Assembly (NCBI GenBank): GCA_965207455.1
Contig: CBDBMJ010000001.1
Span: forward strand, 1,376,001-1,440,000
DNA length: 64,000 nt
DNA from: Bdellovibrionota bacterium
GTDB lineage: Bacteria; Bdellovibrionota; UBA1018; CAIPTA01; JAALKR01
Reading direction: 5' to 3'
Both the position numbers and the translations under genes were made by a program. Positions within the stretch are counted from its first letter, which is position 1; every line of letters starts with the position of its first letter. The notes under the pieces are model-generated. The model worked only from the letters and a program-made list of their open reading frames with translations. It searched no databases and was not told where the DNA came from. Positions 31,022 through 42,619 of this stretch are shown piece after piece.

Positions 31022-31864
31022 CTAGTTATTACTACAAGCCTTGCCTGCAAAATGAGTCACACCGGGGCTACAGATTAGTTCAAACGATTGAGGTATTCCA
31101 GCAAATACCTTAACTGCATGGTGCTTATCTACTTCCTTCCAACCAATTACGTTGAGTCTTTTTAAGTTTTTGGCGAAAGTAAACATATAGTTCGCACGAA
31201 TTAAGTGAGTGGTGTTGAAATTAGAAAGATCAACATCGGTTACACCAGAATAAAGAAACATGCCGGATACTTGTTCCAGATCCTCAGTATTAAACGTGGA
31301 TAGATCAATGGAGGTTAACTTGGAAGTGTTGTAAAATGCAGAGTTCATATTCACCACTCGAGAGGTGTCTGTATTACCTGCCGTAAATTTAACTAGGTTT
31401 GTACATCCTGCAAACGCTTGGTGTAAACTTCTCCAACCCATTTTTCCAAGCTGCTTTACTTCAATCAATTTTGTTTTATCTTTATTACCAAAACGACAAG
31501 CCTCGAGACGTCCCTTGATTTCAATTATATATTCTCCAGCTTGATCATACGTATGGCTTTTACGTGGATCGTCCCAGGCGTCTACCCAATTATTAGAGTA
31601 AGTATCATCTGAATTATCACCCCAATTAACATGAAAGTCGTATCGGTAACCTTTAATTAAGGGAAGGGTAACCGTAAGATCTCCAGTCTTAAGACGCCAA
31701 ACAGTTATAAAAGGTGCGTTCCTATCTATAAATCGTGAAGCAAGACTAGGCGTTGAAGACAATAGCCCAAAGAAAGTTAGTATTAGTGCCCATAATAGAA
31801 TATTTTTCATAATTTCCTCTTTTTTATTTAGATGTGCGAGAAATATTTTACGGTGTGGATTCAA
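31022..31864 (-). CDS. BspA/DUF285 surface protein (probable start MKNILLW)
   Basis: Signal peptide, FITVW, VNWGD and DLSTFNT/DLSNFNT repeats; paralogous to the split gene at 26547-28928. Confidence 0.8.
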   Translation of the reverse strand: MNPHRKIFLAHLNKKEEIMKNILLWALILTFFGLLSSTPSLASRFIDRNAPFITVWRLKTGDLTVTLPLIKGYRYDFHVNWGDNSDDTYSNNWVDAWDDPRKSHTYDQAGEYIIEIKGRLEACRFGNKDKTKLIEVKQLGKMGWRSLHQAFAGCTNLVKFTAGNTDTSRVVNMNSAFYNTSKLTSIDLSTFNTEDLEQVSGMFLYSGVTDVDLSNFNTTHLIRANYMFTFAKNLKRLNVIGWKEVDKHHAVKVFAGIPQSFELICSPGVTHFAGKACSNN

Positions 31865-32285
31865 GCTTCTGCTTTAATGCTAAATTCATTTTTTCAAGAC
31901 TAGGTCCAACAAATCCTTCCAGCATTTTCCACATTAGGGGAACCATCAGTCCAGAAAATTCTTCCTTATGAACAAGTAATGTGCCTCCGTCTTTGGCTGT
32001 CAAAGAAAAAACACGGTCGTTTTTAAAGAGAAAATCATTCATCATATTTGCTCTCCAGCGAAAGCTGCCTATGGGGTTCGACTCCACAACAATAGGTTGG
32101 TAATTAGAGGCATCTTTTCCATTTTTTCCTCGAATAGTGATATTTAACTTTGAGCCAACGGAAGAGCTTCCCTCTGCAAGATTAACCGTGGGATTCCATT
32201 CCTTCCATCCGTTAAAATCAGTAAGCACTTTCCAAGTTTGATCCGCAGGTGCCAATATATGAATTTCAGTTTTGATTTCTCTCAT
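31848..32285 (-). CDS. SRPBCC (START/polyketide cyclase-like) protein
   Basis: TEIHILAP..WKVLTDFNGWKEWNP..HKEEFSG..MNLALKQKLE. Confidence 0.85.
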   Translation of the reverse strand: MREIKTEIHILAPADQTWKVLTDFNGWKEWNPTVNLAEGSSSVGSKLNITIRGKNGKDASNYQPIVVESNPIGSFRWRANMMNDFLFKNDRVFSLTAKDGGTLLVHKEEFSGLMVPLMWKMLEGFVGPSLEKMNLALKQKLESTP

Positions 32286-32381
32286 GAGACCCCCTTGAAT
32301 TAGGTTAGCCTAGATTTCTAGATAATCAAATAGAAAAATATGGGCAAGCCTGGGGAATACGCGCAGTGCGGAATCTCTTAC

Positions 32382-34748
32382 CTACAGTGAGCCTGTATCA
32401 ATAAATGGAAGATTGTTATTTTGCTCACCACTATCATCTCCAAAGTGATTTATATTTCCTTGGCCAAGCTGACCATAGTTATTCTGTCCCCAGCAACGTA
32501 ACCTGCCGTTATTTAAAATTGCACAGGTATGATTTTCTCCTGCGCTAATATGAACTGCCATATAGGGCACACCTATATTTCCTAAATCAATAAAGGAAAA
32601 CCCCACTTCCCCTGCTTCATCTCCAATTGTATTTGTATGGCCTAACCCTAGCTGGCCGTAAGCATTCCCACCCCAACACTTAATTTGATTGTTATTTAAA
32701 AGCGCACAGGTGTGCGAATAGCCTGTAACAACCATTTTGACAGTATAGGGATTATTGTTTTCGTCTGTTCCTAAATTAATAAAAGGTAAATTTGCACCCA
32801 TCTCATTAGCTCCATCTCCCATAGTATTGAGGTGCCCTAATCCCAACTGAGCACTGCTATTTAGTCCCCAGCATTTAAGTAACCCCATAACAATATTATC
32901 TGCTATTCCATCTGTGTCTAAAATTGCGCAAGTATGATTATTCTTCGATACGATAGCATCTATCTCATAATGATTACTGCTTCCATCTACTCCCAAATCA
33001 ACAAAATCTAAGTTATTCCCCATTTCCACTGCAGCATTACCGCCAGAGTCTAATCCATCTCCCAAATCGTTCGTATTTCCTTGTCCTAATTGACCATAGT
33101 CATTATATCCCCAACACTTCAATCGTCCATTACTTAAAACAGCACAGTTGTGGGCATACCCACTAGCAAGCTGTTCCACGGTATAGTCTGTTCCACTAGC
33201 ATTCCCAAGATCAATAAAAGATAAAGCATTTCCCATTTCAACTACAACCACATTACTGGAATTCAGACCGTCACCAAGGTTATGTTTACTATCTTGTCCC
33301 AATTGACCATACTTATTATGTCCCCAACATTTCATTTTATCGTTACTCAAAATTGCACAGCTATGATCAGAGCCAAGAGCAATTTTCTTTACAGTATAGT
33401 CACTACCACTTTCATTCCCTAAATCCACAAAAGGAAGATTATCACCCATCTCATTTACCAAATTGCCTTTATTGCTTACAGAATCCAGGCCGAGATTTCC
33501 ATAGAGATTCTTTCCCCAGCATTTCAATTTACTGCTACTCAAAATAACACAGTTATGGTATTCCCCTGTTGCTATTGCGCTCACCGTATAGGTGCTGCTA
33601 CCTGTGCCTCCCAGATCAATAAACGATAAATCATTTCCCATCTGATCAGGAGCACCACCAATGCCGTTTGAAGATTCTTGACCGAGCTGGCCTCGATGCC
33701 CTCTCCCCCAACACTTTACTCTTTGGTTGCTTAAAACAGTACAGGAATGGGAGCGTCCCATAGCTACGCTTTCTGAAAAAAGTGTATAATAGGCATAGAA
33801 AGTATCGGAATCGGTGCAATTAGAGGAGTTACCAGCTAAGTCCACTTGCTTACTATAAAAAGCATAAGTACCTTCAGCACTAAGAGTAAAGGAGAAATTC
33901 ACACTTGAGTTGCTAGCCGACTCAGTTACAACACTCAATTCATTACTGCAATTTTGATCGGAATAAAGCACAACTTTTGCACCGATTTCTACGCTAGAGA
34001 ATCTAAGTAAAACTGTACTGTTAATAGAGGGGCTTACGCTTATTACAAGTATACCGGAAACAACAGGCGATATAAGATCTAACTCATAGGCAATGCCAGA
34101 GCTGGAACAAATAGATTCATTTCCTGCAATATCAATTTGTTTTGAATAAATGATATAGGAAGTTTGGGAGGAGTCCAGCGCTGTGGAAATTTGAATTGTT
34201 ACTGGGTCTTGAGCCACAACAAGGGAAGCAATTTCTGAGCTACACATATTATCAGAATAGAGAAATACTGGCCATCCAATTTCTGTATTAGAAACACTAA
34301 ACGAAGGGTTTTGATTATTAGAGGGACTCGATCCTATTAATGAAAGTATTGGAAATTCAGGGGCTGTGGTATCCAATTCATACACAACTCCTGAAGATAA
34401 ACAACTCACGATATTTCCTTTCGTATCTGTATGCTTTATATAAATCAGATTCTCTCCCTCCAATGAAAACACATCAAGGGTTGCTTCTCCGTTACTTGTA
34501 ATTGTGCCCACTTTGTTTGCACAAAGGTTATCGTAATAAATTTCCACCTTTGCTCCATCGCGCAATCCCGAAACACGAATACGTGGTGTTGTATTATTCG
34601 ATGGTGTTTGGCTTATCAATTCAATAAGCGGCAAAGGATCGGCAGCAACTTTTTCATCACTACCACAGGCATTTAGAATAGCTATAGATAACAAGGCTAT
34701 AAAAAAAGTTTTTCTATGGGTATTTTTTAAGAATAATAAATGAAACAT
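32382..34748 (-). CDS. Lipoprotein with Ig-like domains and RCC1 repeats
   Basis: Lipobox LNAC; three Ig-like units; repeated HxCAIL..KCWGxNxYGQLG. Confidence 0.88.
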   Translation of the reverse strand: MFHLLFLKNTHRKTFFIALLSIAILNACGSDEKVAADPLPLIELISQTPSNNTTPRIRVSGLRDGAKVEIYYDNLCANKVGTITSNGEATLDVFSLEGENLIYIKHTDTKGNIVSCLSSGVVYELDTTAPEFPILSLIGSSPSNNQNPSFSVSNTEIGWPVFLYSDNMCSSEIASLVVAQDPVTIQISTALDSSQTSYIIYSKQIDIAGNESICSSSGIAYELDLISPVVSGILVISVSPSINSTVLLRFSSVEIGAKVVLYSDQNCSNELSVVTESASNSSVNFSFTLSAEGTYAFYSKQVDLAGNSSNCTDSDTFYAYYTLFSESVAMGRSHSCTVLSNQRVKCWGRGHRGQLGQESSNGIGGAPDQMGNDLSFIDLGGTGSSTYTVSAIATGEYHNCVILSSSKLKCWGKNLYGNLGLDSVSNKGNLVNEMGDNLPFVDLGNESGSDYTVKKIALGSDHSCAILSNDKMKCWGHNKYGQLGQDSKHNLGDGLNSSNVVVVEMGNALSFIDLGNASGTDYTVEQLASGYAHNCAVLSNGRLKCWGYNDYGQLGQGNTNDLGDGLDSGGNAAVEMGNNLDFVDLGVDGSSNHYEIDAIVSKNNHTCAILDTDGIADNIVMGLLKCWGLNSSAQLGLGHLNTMGDGANEMGANLPFINLGTDENNNPYTVKMVVTGYSHTCALLNNNQIKCWGGNAYGQLGLGHTNTIGDEAGEVGFSFIDLGNIGVPYMAVHISAGENHTCAILNNGRLRCWGQNNYGQLGQGNINHFGDDSGEQNNNLPFIDTGSL

Positions 34749-34930
34749 GATAAATTTCCTCCTTGAACATTCGGCATTACAAATAGCATATCATAAACAA
34801 TATTAATTTAATCAGGTGGCACTGAAAATTATATATTCAAAACCAGAAATGGAATCATCTAAGTAGGGCGTGAGAATATTTTATTTTTCCTGTGTGCTTG
34901 TGTACTTGTGTACCTGTGCCAGTGGGAAGG

Positions 34931-36109
34931 TTAGGCAAACATCACATGGTGCTTTTCAGATTCATGGCGGTATGGATCTTTGAGCGGTGTCATGGAATGT
35001 TTTTTCCAAAACGACCGCAGCGTGAATACAAACAATCCTAAAAATCCCACAAGACAACCAAAATCCTGCCAGCCCAGTACAAATCCATTGGGTGCGTAAC
35101 TTGGCATAATCATCCAGTTTAAGTCCAGCCACTGGGAAAATAGCACCAACCCTCCCACACAGGAGAGGTAACCTATATTTCGTTTAGCTGCTCTAGGTAG
35201 TAAGAGTAAAAAAGGTAAAATGAATTTAATTAGCAATAGAAATAATCCCACATAGAGCCAAGAACCTTTTTCACGGTTAATAAAATAAAATGTTTCTTCG
35301 GGAAGGTTTGCGTACCAAATCAGCATGTATTGACTAAAACAAATATAGGCCCAAAAGATTGTCCATCCAAACATATATTTCCCTAAATCATGTATGTGAT
35401 CAGCGCGAACCTCTTTCAGGTAATTATACTTTTTCAAAAAGTATAGGCAGATGATAATAATAGCCGCGGAAGATTGCATAAAGCCGCTAAATAGATACAC
35501 CCCAAAGATGGTGCTAAACCACTTGGGTTCCAAAGATTTCAGTACGTCTATGGCAAATAGGGTAAGTAAAGGGCAAAATAAAACTAAAAATCCAGCGCTC
35601 AAGGGTTTTTGTTTCTGTCGAAGTTCTACGCCACCCTCTTCGTCCTGAAGAAGGGAGTTACGAATAACTTTTTGAGAGAAAAAAACAAGCACTCCTAAAA
35701 AAAGTACCAAGCGCAAAAACCAAAAACCTGAATTAAAATACCCTATTTTATTGTGCAAAAGATGGTCTGCCTCCATAAACTCGTGGTTTGTCCAAGGATA
35801 CAGATCATGGATCCCAATAAAGAGTAAGGCCGTGGCAAATGCAGCCACAATACAGTAGTTCACCATAGCCTCTGGAACTCGACGAATCAGTACAAACCAA
35901 CCACTCCCAGCGAGGTAATGAAAAACTAAAAAGAACATAGCCCCAATGCCAAAGCCTAAAAAAAGTAAATTATGTAAAAGATAGGCGCGCCAGAAGCGGG
36001 AAGCGTCGGTTACTAGACCAATGCCAAGGGTAAGAAGCCCAATGCCCATACATAAGATTAAAATAATATCCGTTTTTGAGGAAGACACTAACTTTTCCTG
36101 TGTAGCCAT
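34931..36109 (-). CDS. actF: Alternative complex III subunit F
   Basis: Polytopic; SLEPKWFSTIFG and SQYMLIWYANLPEET; operon position. Confidence 0.88.
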   Translation of the reverse strand: MATQEKLVSSSKTDIILILCMGIGLLTLGIGLVTDASRFWRAYLLHNLLFLGFGIGAMFFLVFHYLAGSGWFVLIRRVPEAMVNYCIVAAFATALLFIGIHDLYPWTNHEFMEADHLLHNKIGYFNSGFWFLRLVLFLGVLVFFSQKVIRNSLLQDEEGGVELRQKQKPLSAGFLVLFCPLLTLFAIDVLKSLEPKWFSTIFGVYLFSGFMQSSAAIIIICLYFLKKYNYLKEVRADHIHDLGKYMFGWTIFWAYICFSQYMLIWYANLPEETFYFINREKGSWLYVGLFLLLIKFILPFLLLLPRAAKRNIGYLSCVGGLVLFSQWLDLNWMIMPSYAPNGFVLGWQDFGCLVGFLGLFVFTLRSFWKKHSMTPLKDPYRHESEKHHVMFA

Positions 36110-36110
36110 T

Positions 36111-36692
36111 TTACCTACCCCCTACTTTTTTTTGTTGGTATTGTTTTATGTCGCTTTTTCTAGGGTGCTCTGATCGCTGAAGAACACGCAAATAGTGAAT
36201 AATAGCCCAACGATCTTTTCTGGAAATCTGTGTGGCATACGATGGCATCGTAGCCGACCCCTTGGTAATGACATGATATATATAGCCATCCTTCCTTGTC
36301 CTTATTTTATTACTTTGCAAGGACTTGGGTGTTGGAAACGGTGGCACCACAGGTCCATCTCCATAGCCCTTTTCTCCATGGCAAACCAAGCAATAGGTTT
36401 CGTAACGGTTCTGACCACGCCGTAACACTTCTTTTGTAATGGGCAAGGGATTTACCAATCTTCTGCCTGCCTCCACATCTGTGCGAATTTTATATGGCTT
36501 AAACCCACGGGGAATGGTTCCTTCTGGAGGCATTATCATGGACGATCCATCGCTTCGCCCCGCATACCCTCGCTGTGCCTTTAGCACCGGAGTATTGGAC
36601 ATGTGAGGCATATATTGCATGATTGGTGTTTCCGTCTCGCCACTACAGGCACTAAAAATAAGTGCAAAAAACATTGGAATTCTAATACTCAT
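36111..36692 (-). CDS. actE: ACIII monoheme cytochrome c lipoprotein
   Basis: Lipobox FSAC, CLVCH, MPSY. Confidence 0.88.
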   Translation of the reverse strand: MSIRIPMFFALIFSACSGETETPIMQYMPHMSNTPVLKAQRGYAGRSDGSSMIMPPEGTIPRGFKPYKIRTDVEAGRRLVNPLPITKEVLRRGQNRYETYCLVCHGEKGYGDGPVVPPFPTPKSLQSNKIRTRKDGYIYHVITKGSATMPSYATQISRKDRWAIIHYLRVLQRSEHPRKSDIKQYQQKKVGGR

Positions 36693-37210
36693 ACCGCTTC
36701 CCTAACCATACGAACCTCATGGGCTTTCTGTTTCTTCAAAAAATTCTCCACCTCATCCCTAGACTCTGCTTGTCCTTTAAAGGGAATGTATAGGGCAAAT
36801 TGGTCATTGGTAATATGGGGACTCAAAGGTTTTTTACTCGTCGGCAAGCCAATTAAGAAAAAGAGAAAAGCAACCGTGCCTAAACCACCAAAAAGCACTG
36901 TCAATTCAAACATGATGGGAATAAACGCAGGCAAGGAAATAAAAGGTTTTCCGCCGATGTTTAATGGCCAGTCCACAGCAGAAACCCATATCTGGAAGCC
37001 CGTTGCTAATAAAAATCCCGATAAAGCGCACAGGAATGTTGCCCAAGGAACAATGGAAAGTTTCAAACCAAGAGCCTCCTCCATACCGTGCACAGGAAAG
37101 GGAGTATAGGATTCATAATTCACAAGACCTTTTTGTTTAGCTGCCTTAGCTGCCACAAGAATTTCTTCCGGCGAATGGAAGTAAGCTATCACACCATGGG
37201 GGCTACTCAT
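36689..37210 (-). CDS. actD: ACIII subunit D (DUF3341)
   Basis: [17 protein letters not shown] and FELTVLF motifs. Confidence 0.9.
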   Translation of the reverse strand: MSSPHGVIAYFHSPEEILVAAKAAKQKGLVNYESYTPFPVHGMEEALGLKLSIVPWATFLCALSGFLLATGFQIWVSAVDWPLNIGGKPFISLPAFIPIMFELTVLFGGLGTVAFLFFLIGLPTSKKPLSPHITNDQFALYIPFKGQAESRDEVENFLKKQKAHEVRMVREAV

Positions 37211-38561
37211 CGGAACCTCCAGAAATTGCCTTCACCTCAGAGATGGCCACCATTGGTAAAAAGCGACAAAATAAGAGAAATAAAGTAAAGAACAGGCCAA
37301 AGCTGCCAAGAGTAATCGCCCAATCCGCCCAAGTGGGGGTGTAATAAGACCAGCTAGATGGAAGAAAATCCCTATGCAAAGACGTCACCACAATTACAAA
37401 CCGCTCAAACCACATTCCAATATTAACAAAAATGGAAATGACAAACATTAAGGCAATATTTCTACGAAAGCGACGTACCCAAAACACCTGAGGCACAATG
37501 GAGTTGCAAATAATCATGGTCCAATAGGCCCAGGCATACGGTCCCAACGCTCGGTTGATAAAGGCAAAGCGTTCAAATTCATTTCCAGAGTACCAAGCAA
37601 TAAAAAACTCCGTGGCGTAGGCAAGCCCCACCAGCATCCCCGTACACATAATAATCTTACACATGGACTCCAAATGGTTGACGGTAATATAGTCGGTGAG
37701 TTTAAACACCACACGGGCAATTACCATAAGGGTAACCACCATGGCAAAACCGGAAAAAATAGCCCCAATTACAAAATAAGGAGGAAATATGGTGCTATGC
37801 CAACCGGGAATAATACTCACTGCAAAGTCAAAGGATACAATGGTATGCACAGACAATACTAGGGGAGCACTCAAGCCAGCTAAAATACCGTAGGCTTTTT
37901 CATAATGATTCCAATGGCGACCAGCCCCTCGCCAACCCAAAGACAGAGCTCCATAAATAAATTTACGGATAGGGTTGATACACCTGTCCCGTACCGTGGC
38001 TAAGTCGGGAATTAATCCCAAATACCAAAAAACCAAAGAAATGGTAAAGTAGGTGGAAACCGCAAAAACATCCCATAACAAAGGAGAGCGAAAGTTTACC
38101 CACAGCGGCCCCATATTGTTGGGATAGGGAAGTAACCAATAGACAGCCAACCATGGCCTACCCGTGTGAATAATGGGAAAAATCATGGCAGCAATGACAG
38201 CAAAAATGGTCATAGCCTCAGCGGCTCGGTTAATTCCCGTGCGCCAGTTCTGACGGAATAAATACAAAATAGCCGATATTAACGTGCCCGCATGACCAAT
38301 ACCAATCCAAAATACAAAGTTGATGATGGCCACACCCCAACCATTGGGCTGCTGCAAACCCCAAATGCCCGTGCCCTCCCAAAACAAATAACCAATAACA
38401 GTAAATCCAAATAACATACAGGAAAGGGCTACGCCAAAGGCAATCATCCATGTTTTTGTGGGGAAACTCTCCAGCGGCTTACAAATATCATTTGTAATGT
38501 CGGAATAGGACTTTCTTCCCGTAACAAGGGCTTTACGTTTCATTTTCACTGCCTTAGTCAT
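37203..38561 (-). CDS. actC: ACIII NrfD-like quinol-binding subunit
   Basis: [25 protein letters not shown] and GMWFERFVI motifs. Confidence 0.95.
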   Translation of the reverse strand: MTKAVKMKRKALVTGRKSYSDITNDICKPLESFPTKTWMIAFGVALSCMLFGFTVIGYLFWEGTGIWGLQQPNGWGVAIINFVFWIGIGHAGTLISAILYLFRQNWRTGINRAAEAMTIFAVIAAMIFPIIHTGRPWLAVYWLLPYPNNMGPLWVNFRSPLLWDVFAVSTYFTISLVFWYLGLIPDLATVRDRCINPIRKFIYGALSLGWRGAGRHWNHYEKAYGILAGLSAPLVLSVHTIVSFDFAVSIIPGWHSTIFPPYFVIGAIFSGFAMVVTLMVIARVVFKLTDYITVNHLESMCKIIMCTGMLVGLAYATEFFIAWYSGNEFERFAFINRALGPYAWAYWTMIICNSIVPQVFWVRRFRRNIALMFVISIFVNIGMWFERFVIVVTSLHRDFLPSSWSYYTPTWADWAITLGSFGLFFTLFLLFCRFLPMVAISEVKAISGGSDE

Positions 38562-41500
38562 GCCTTCCCTCTTTATCTATTTTATGTTTGCTCCCAGCGG
38601 GACGATTCCAGATTTTTGTTAAATAGGTAATGGAAGGCTTTACGTTGAGTTCTTCTAAAACCGTAAATCCCCTAGGATTATTGCGCTGATGACTCACATC
38701 TGAGGAATTATTGTTTATATCTCCAAAAGTAATGGCGTTTGCAGGACATGCCGCTTGACAAGCAGTCTGTATATCTCCATCCACTACTTTTCGTCCTGCC
38801 CTCTTTGCCGTATTTTTTCCATACTCGATCCGCTGCACACAAAACGTACATTTCTCCATCACCCCTCGACTACGAATGGTCACCTCTGGATTTTTCGAAA
38901 ACGGTAGGGGATACTCCATCCCTTCATTCATTTTGGCATTGTACTCAAAGAAATTAAAACGACGGACTTTATAGGGACAGTTGTTGGAACAATAACGGGT
39001 ACCCACGCAACGATTATAAATCATTTGATTCAAACCCTCACTGCTATGAACAGTGGCAATCACAGGACAAACAGTTTCACAGGGAGCATTTTCACAATGC
39101 TGGCACAACATGGGCTGCATAACCGTTTCTGGATTTTCCACCGACCCTTTATAGTAGCGGTCGATACGAATCCAATGCATCTCCCTCCCACGGAGCACTT
39201 CTTTTTTTCCCACCACGGGCACATTATTTTCCACCGTACACGCCATCACACAAGCGCTACAACCCGTGCACGCATTTAAATCAATAACCATTCCCCACCG
39301 GTAACCCGTATACGCATGGGGTTTCCATTGGCTTATCGTCTCCCCATGACTCACAATCCCCGCACTGGGATTCGTACGGTACTCCTCATAGGTGGATTCA
39401 AACGTAACAGGACGATTCTCTAAACTATGGTGTTCTTGGGTAATGGCTAACGGATCATGGGCACCTGTTTTCCTAATGCTTATTTCGTTTGCCACATAGG
39501 AAAGAGTCCCTAGCCTAGATTCCATAAACTCAGTCAGTGCCACACCAGTAGTGTCCGAAACACGCCCACCCATGGTGCGCCCGTAACCTAAATTTGCCAC
39601 CAACACACCTTGAACCAAACCCGGTTGACGGTGAGCAGGCAACTCCACTCTATGGTGAGCATTGCCAATGGATAGCACATCACCGTCCTTCACACCCAGC
39701 TTGTCCGCAAAGATGGGCGACAGGGAAATACAGTTTCCCCAAGTAATTTTTGTAACCGGATCCGGCAACTCCTGCAAGTGGGCATTGTTCGCCTCCATGC
39801 CCATTCCCATGGGGATACTCGGTTGCAGTACTAAAGTAATATTCCCAACGGCTGGAGAGTTATTGGCCACTGCCACCGCACTACTCAAAGCACCCTTACG
39901 AAATTTTCTTCCTCGATGGTTCCCGTAATCTCGACGCCTTCTCATGGTATCGTAAAAACCCTTCTCCAAAGAATCCTCCCAAAAGGATTCAAAAGATTTC
40001 CTCACCCGGTGTTTTTTATAAATCCTCTTCCATTCCCCTCGCACTAACTCGTACGCATTTTTTGATCGAATGGGAAGCCCTGCCCGAGAACCAACGGCAA
40101 GAAGACACTCAGAAAAACTCTGGGTGGAAAATAGGGGACGAATCGTGGGCTGTACAATACTATACAAACCAGGCACAGGATGGGTGTCTCCCCAAGATTC
40201 AAAGGGGTGACTTTCTGCTGCCACAAACTTTGCCCTACGAGCCGTTTCATCATTATAACTCCCCACATAGACCACATTACCTACCTTTTGTAAGGCTTTT
40301 TCAAAACCCAGGTACTTGGACAAATGGTAAGAAGGACTAAAACCCTGAATCACTAAAGTGTCCACCACTCCCCTGTTCATGGCCTGGATGAGTTTCTCCA
40401 CTTGGGCAATGGAACCCTGAAAGGTACGGTAGGGACTGATGGAAGCGTCCACTGTTCTACCATCGTTACCCAGTAAAGAATTGATAAAATTCACCACATT
40501 TTGCAAAGCCACTGCATGGAAGGATTTTCCGCAAATACCCCCAGCGATTACCAAACCACGTCCTTTATTCTTCACCAATGCCTGGACCGTTTCCTCTAAA
40601 ATTTTTCTATCCACACCCGTAGCTGCTGCCACTTTCGATAAAGAGAATGGAGAAAGCTCTGGCATTTTTTTCCCAAGACTTCGGGACACTTCATGGGCCA
40701 AGCCCAAAGCAATTTTTAACTGGTGAGCTGGGTGAATGGGTACTCGTATATCCGCATTCTGACCCGTCAAGCGCATACTACTCTCATAGGCAATGAACTT
40801 CCCGTATACATTTTTTATCAACGAACGAAAGCGATGGAACTGACCCATATACTCCACTGAAGATGGTCCACTATCTAAAAAATCCCCGTCGATGGAAACA
40901 ATCACCCGTGCCCTGTGGATGCGATAACGGGGCAGTACGGGCGTACCAAAACTTTCTTTCTGCCCTTGGCGAATATCGTGGAAAGACATGGGATCAAATT
41001 GATAATGATTTTTAGAAAAGACATTGATCAACCCCTGGAGACTTGGGCTTGTAACTGTGGTGGTTAAAAAATACGTTCGCTTTTTGGAGCCTAACTCTGG
41101 AGCAAGCTTGTGGTAAAACTCCTCCCAAGAAACCTCTTTCCCACCTATCATGGGCTTACGCAAGCGATCCGGGTCGTAGAGACTGAAAATACTGGCTTGC
41201 CCAATGGCATCGAGTCCCTTTCCATTGAGAGGATGATCAGGATTTCCGTCTACCTTCACGGGTCGCCCCTCCCTCGTGGTAAGCAATAAGCCGTAACCAC
41301 TCACAGGGTCTGCCGACGTATAATGGTTGGGAACCCCAGGAGTAATCTCCTCAGGCTTGCTCACATAAGGAACGATTTTCTGCACAGGGCGACGAGTACA
41401 ACCTGCCAAGCTCGCCATCAAAGAACTCGCACCCATAATTTTTAAAAAGGATCGACGGTCGACAGTGCTCATCTTTTCCTCTCCCATGGGAGGTGAAAGA

Positions 41501-41610
41501 AACTCTCCCGACTTTGAGGAATCGGAAACCCTTTGATCCAAGCTCAACCAATATTTAGGTGGCTTCTGAGACGCTAACGATAATTTTTTCTTTTCTACCT
41601 TTTTTTCCAT
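38554..41610 (-). CDS. actB: ACIII subunit B (molybdopterin-oxidoreductase-like plus Fe-S)
   Basis: Tat motif [45 protein letters not shown]. Confidence 0.95.
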   Translation of the reverse strand: MEKKVEKKKLSLASQKPPKYWLSLDQRVSDSSKSGEFLSPPMGEEKMSTVDRRSFLKIMGASSLMASLAGCTRRPVQKIVPYVSKPEEITPGVPNHYTSADPVSGYGLLLTTREGRPVKVDGNPDHPLNGKGLDAIGQASIFSLYDPDRLRKPMIGGKEVSWEEFYHKLAPELGSKKRTYFLTTTVTSPSLQGLINVFSKNHYQFDPMSFHDIRQGQKESFGTPVLPRYRIHRARVIVSIDGDFLDSGPSSVEYMGQFHRFRSLIKNVYGKFIAYESSMRLTGQNADIRVPIHPAHQLKIALGLAHEVSRSLGKKMPELSPFSLSKVAAATGVDRKILEETVQALVKNKGRGLVIAGGICGKSFHAVALQNVVNFINSLLGNDGRTVDASISPYRTFQGSIAQVEKLIQAMNRGVVDTLVIQGFSPSYHLSKYLGFEKALQKVGNVVYVGSYNDETARRAKFVAAESHPFESWGDTHPVPGLYSIVQPTIRPLFSTQSFSECLLAVGSRAGLPIRSKNAYELVRGEWKRIYKKHRVRKSFESFWEDSLEKGFYDTMRRRRDYGNHRGRKFRKGALSSAVAVANNSPAVGNITLVLQPSIPMGMGMEANNAHLQELPDPVTKITWGNCISLSPIFADKLGVKDGDVLSIGNAHHRVELPAHRQPGLVQGVLVANLGYGRTMGGRVSDTTGVALTEFMESRLGTLSYVANEISIRKTGAHDPLAITQEHHSLENRPVTFESTYEEYRTNPSAGIVSHGETISQWKPHAYTGYRWGMVIDLNACTGCSACVMACTVENNVPVVGKKEVLRGREMHWIRIDRYYKGSVENPETVMQPMLCQHCENAPCETVCPVIATVHSSEGLNQMIYNRCVGTRYCSNNCPYKVRRFNFFEYNAKMNEGMEYPLPFSKNPEVTIRSRGVMEKCTFCVQRIEYGKNTAKRAGRKVVDGDIQTACQAACPANAITFGDINNNSSDVSHQRNNPRGFTVLEELNVKPSITYLTKIWNRPAGSKHKIDKEGRHD

Positions 41611-41642
41611 ACTCTTTTTCTCTTACTCCTCTAGCCTCTCCC

Positions 41643-42173
41643 CTAACGGTGACAAGTATTACAATCCAAGGGAGCAGGGGGCTTTTGCTCTCGATGGCAA
41701 TTAACACACCAACCCATTGTGAGTGGAGACACTTGACGAACCACATCCATTGACTGCACATTACCATGACACTCATTACAACTAATACCGCTGGCAATAT
41801 GGGGGTCATGGCGAAAATACACATAGTCCGGCAATACATGCACATTCACCCACTGCACAGGTTCTTTTTTGTCCCATGCCTCCTGCAAACGCTTAATATG
41901 GGGGGAATCCGTCTTCACATAGCGATGGCAATTCAAGCAAACCTCCACACTCGGCACATTGGCGTGGGCAGAGCGAGAAACACTGGAGTGACAATACTGG
42001 CAAGCGATCTTGCGCTCCCCTGCATGGACCTTATGACTAAATGGAATGGGCTGAGAGGGTGCATACCCCACTCCCCTACCTGGACTTAAAAAGAAAGCAA
42101 ATACTCCAACAGTAAGCACTAAAAGAAAACTCCCCACAATTAGAAATTTTTTATCCATTTTCTCTTCTGCCAC
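41643..42173 (-). CDS. actA: ACIII pentaheme cytochrome c
   Basis: One TM helix, QPIPFSHKVH and five CxxCH motifs. Confidence 0.93.
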   Translation of the reverse strand: MAEEKMDKKFLIVGSFLLVLTVGVFAFFLSPGRGVGYAPSQPIPFSHKVHAGERKIACQYCHSSVSRSAHANVPSVEVCLNCHRYVKTDSPHIKRLQEAWDKKEPVQWVNVHVLPDYVYFRHDPHIASGISCNECHGNVQSMDVVRQVSPLTMGWCVNCHREQKPPAPLDCNTCHR

Positions 42174-42342
42174 GAACGTCCTCCAGTATCACTGTCTAAT
42201 ATAAAGCCTTTACACTCAAATGGCTAATGGAAATCAAAAGTTTCTATGTGAATAAGGCAGGAGGTCGACCCGATGCGACATCACCCGACTAAGGGAAAAG
42301 ACAATCATGGAGCAATACGAAAAGCCCTGCTATACTGGAAAA

Positions 42343-42534
42343 ATGATCTCTGGAACCAGACCCTATAAAAAAAGCAAGGAGACAAAGACAGTCCCTCCAA
42401 AAAAAAGCCAAACCAAAGAAGTTTCTCGCCGAAAATACTTAAAAAATATCGTTCCCAGTTTGGGAACTTTTCTCGTATGGAAACTGCGATGGGAAGAAAC
42501 AGCCCAGCGGGAACTAAAAGAAAAACTCTCCTAA
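42343..42534 (+). CDS. Small basic hypothetical protein
   Basis: TGcTATACT 6 nt before ATG 42343; contains an SRRKYLK motif. Confidence 0.45.
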   Translation: MISGTRPYKKSKETKTVPPKKSQTKEVSRRKYLKNIVPSLGTFLVWKLRWEETAQRELKEKLS

Positions 42535-42619
42535 AGCCCTCTAAAAATTAAAAAAAAGGGGAGCTAAGTGCCCCCCTCTCTCTCTTCTATTATTCATAAT
42601 GCCATTGAACTTTGGAGTG

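Larger units (their letters stand above)
24155..34920. mobile_element. Decayed genomic island downstream of tRNA-Asp (right boundary approximate)
   Basis: AT-richer; pseudogenes, TA module and surface proteins; TGTACG repeats near the tRNA; no integrase or duplicated tRNA end seen. Confidence 0.55.

Noticed and set aside
26547..31864. Diversity-generating retroelement targeting the BspA paralogues
   Set aside because: No reverse transcriptase in the window, and no repeat pair with adenine-specific differences was evident.
32300..32318. Classical DtxR box upstream of the SRPBCC gene (TTAGGTTAGCCTA)
   Set aside because: Only the first 13 of 19 positions match contiguously, and it differs from the operator at the local DtxR gene.
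34890..34920. TGTGTAC micro-repeats as the island's right att arm
   Set aside because: Too short and degenerate; no duplicated tRNA core adjoins them.
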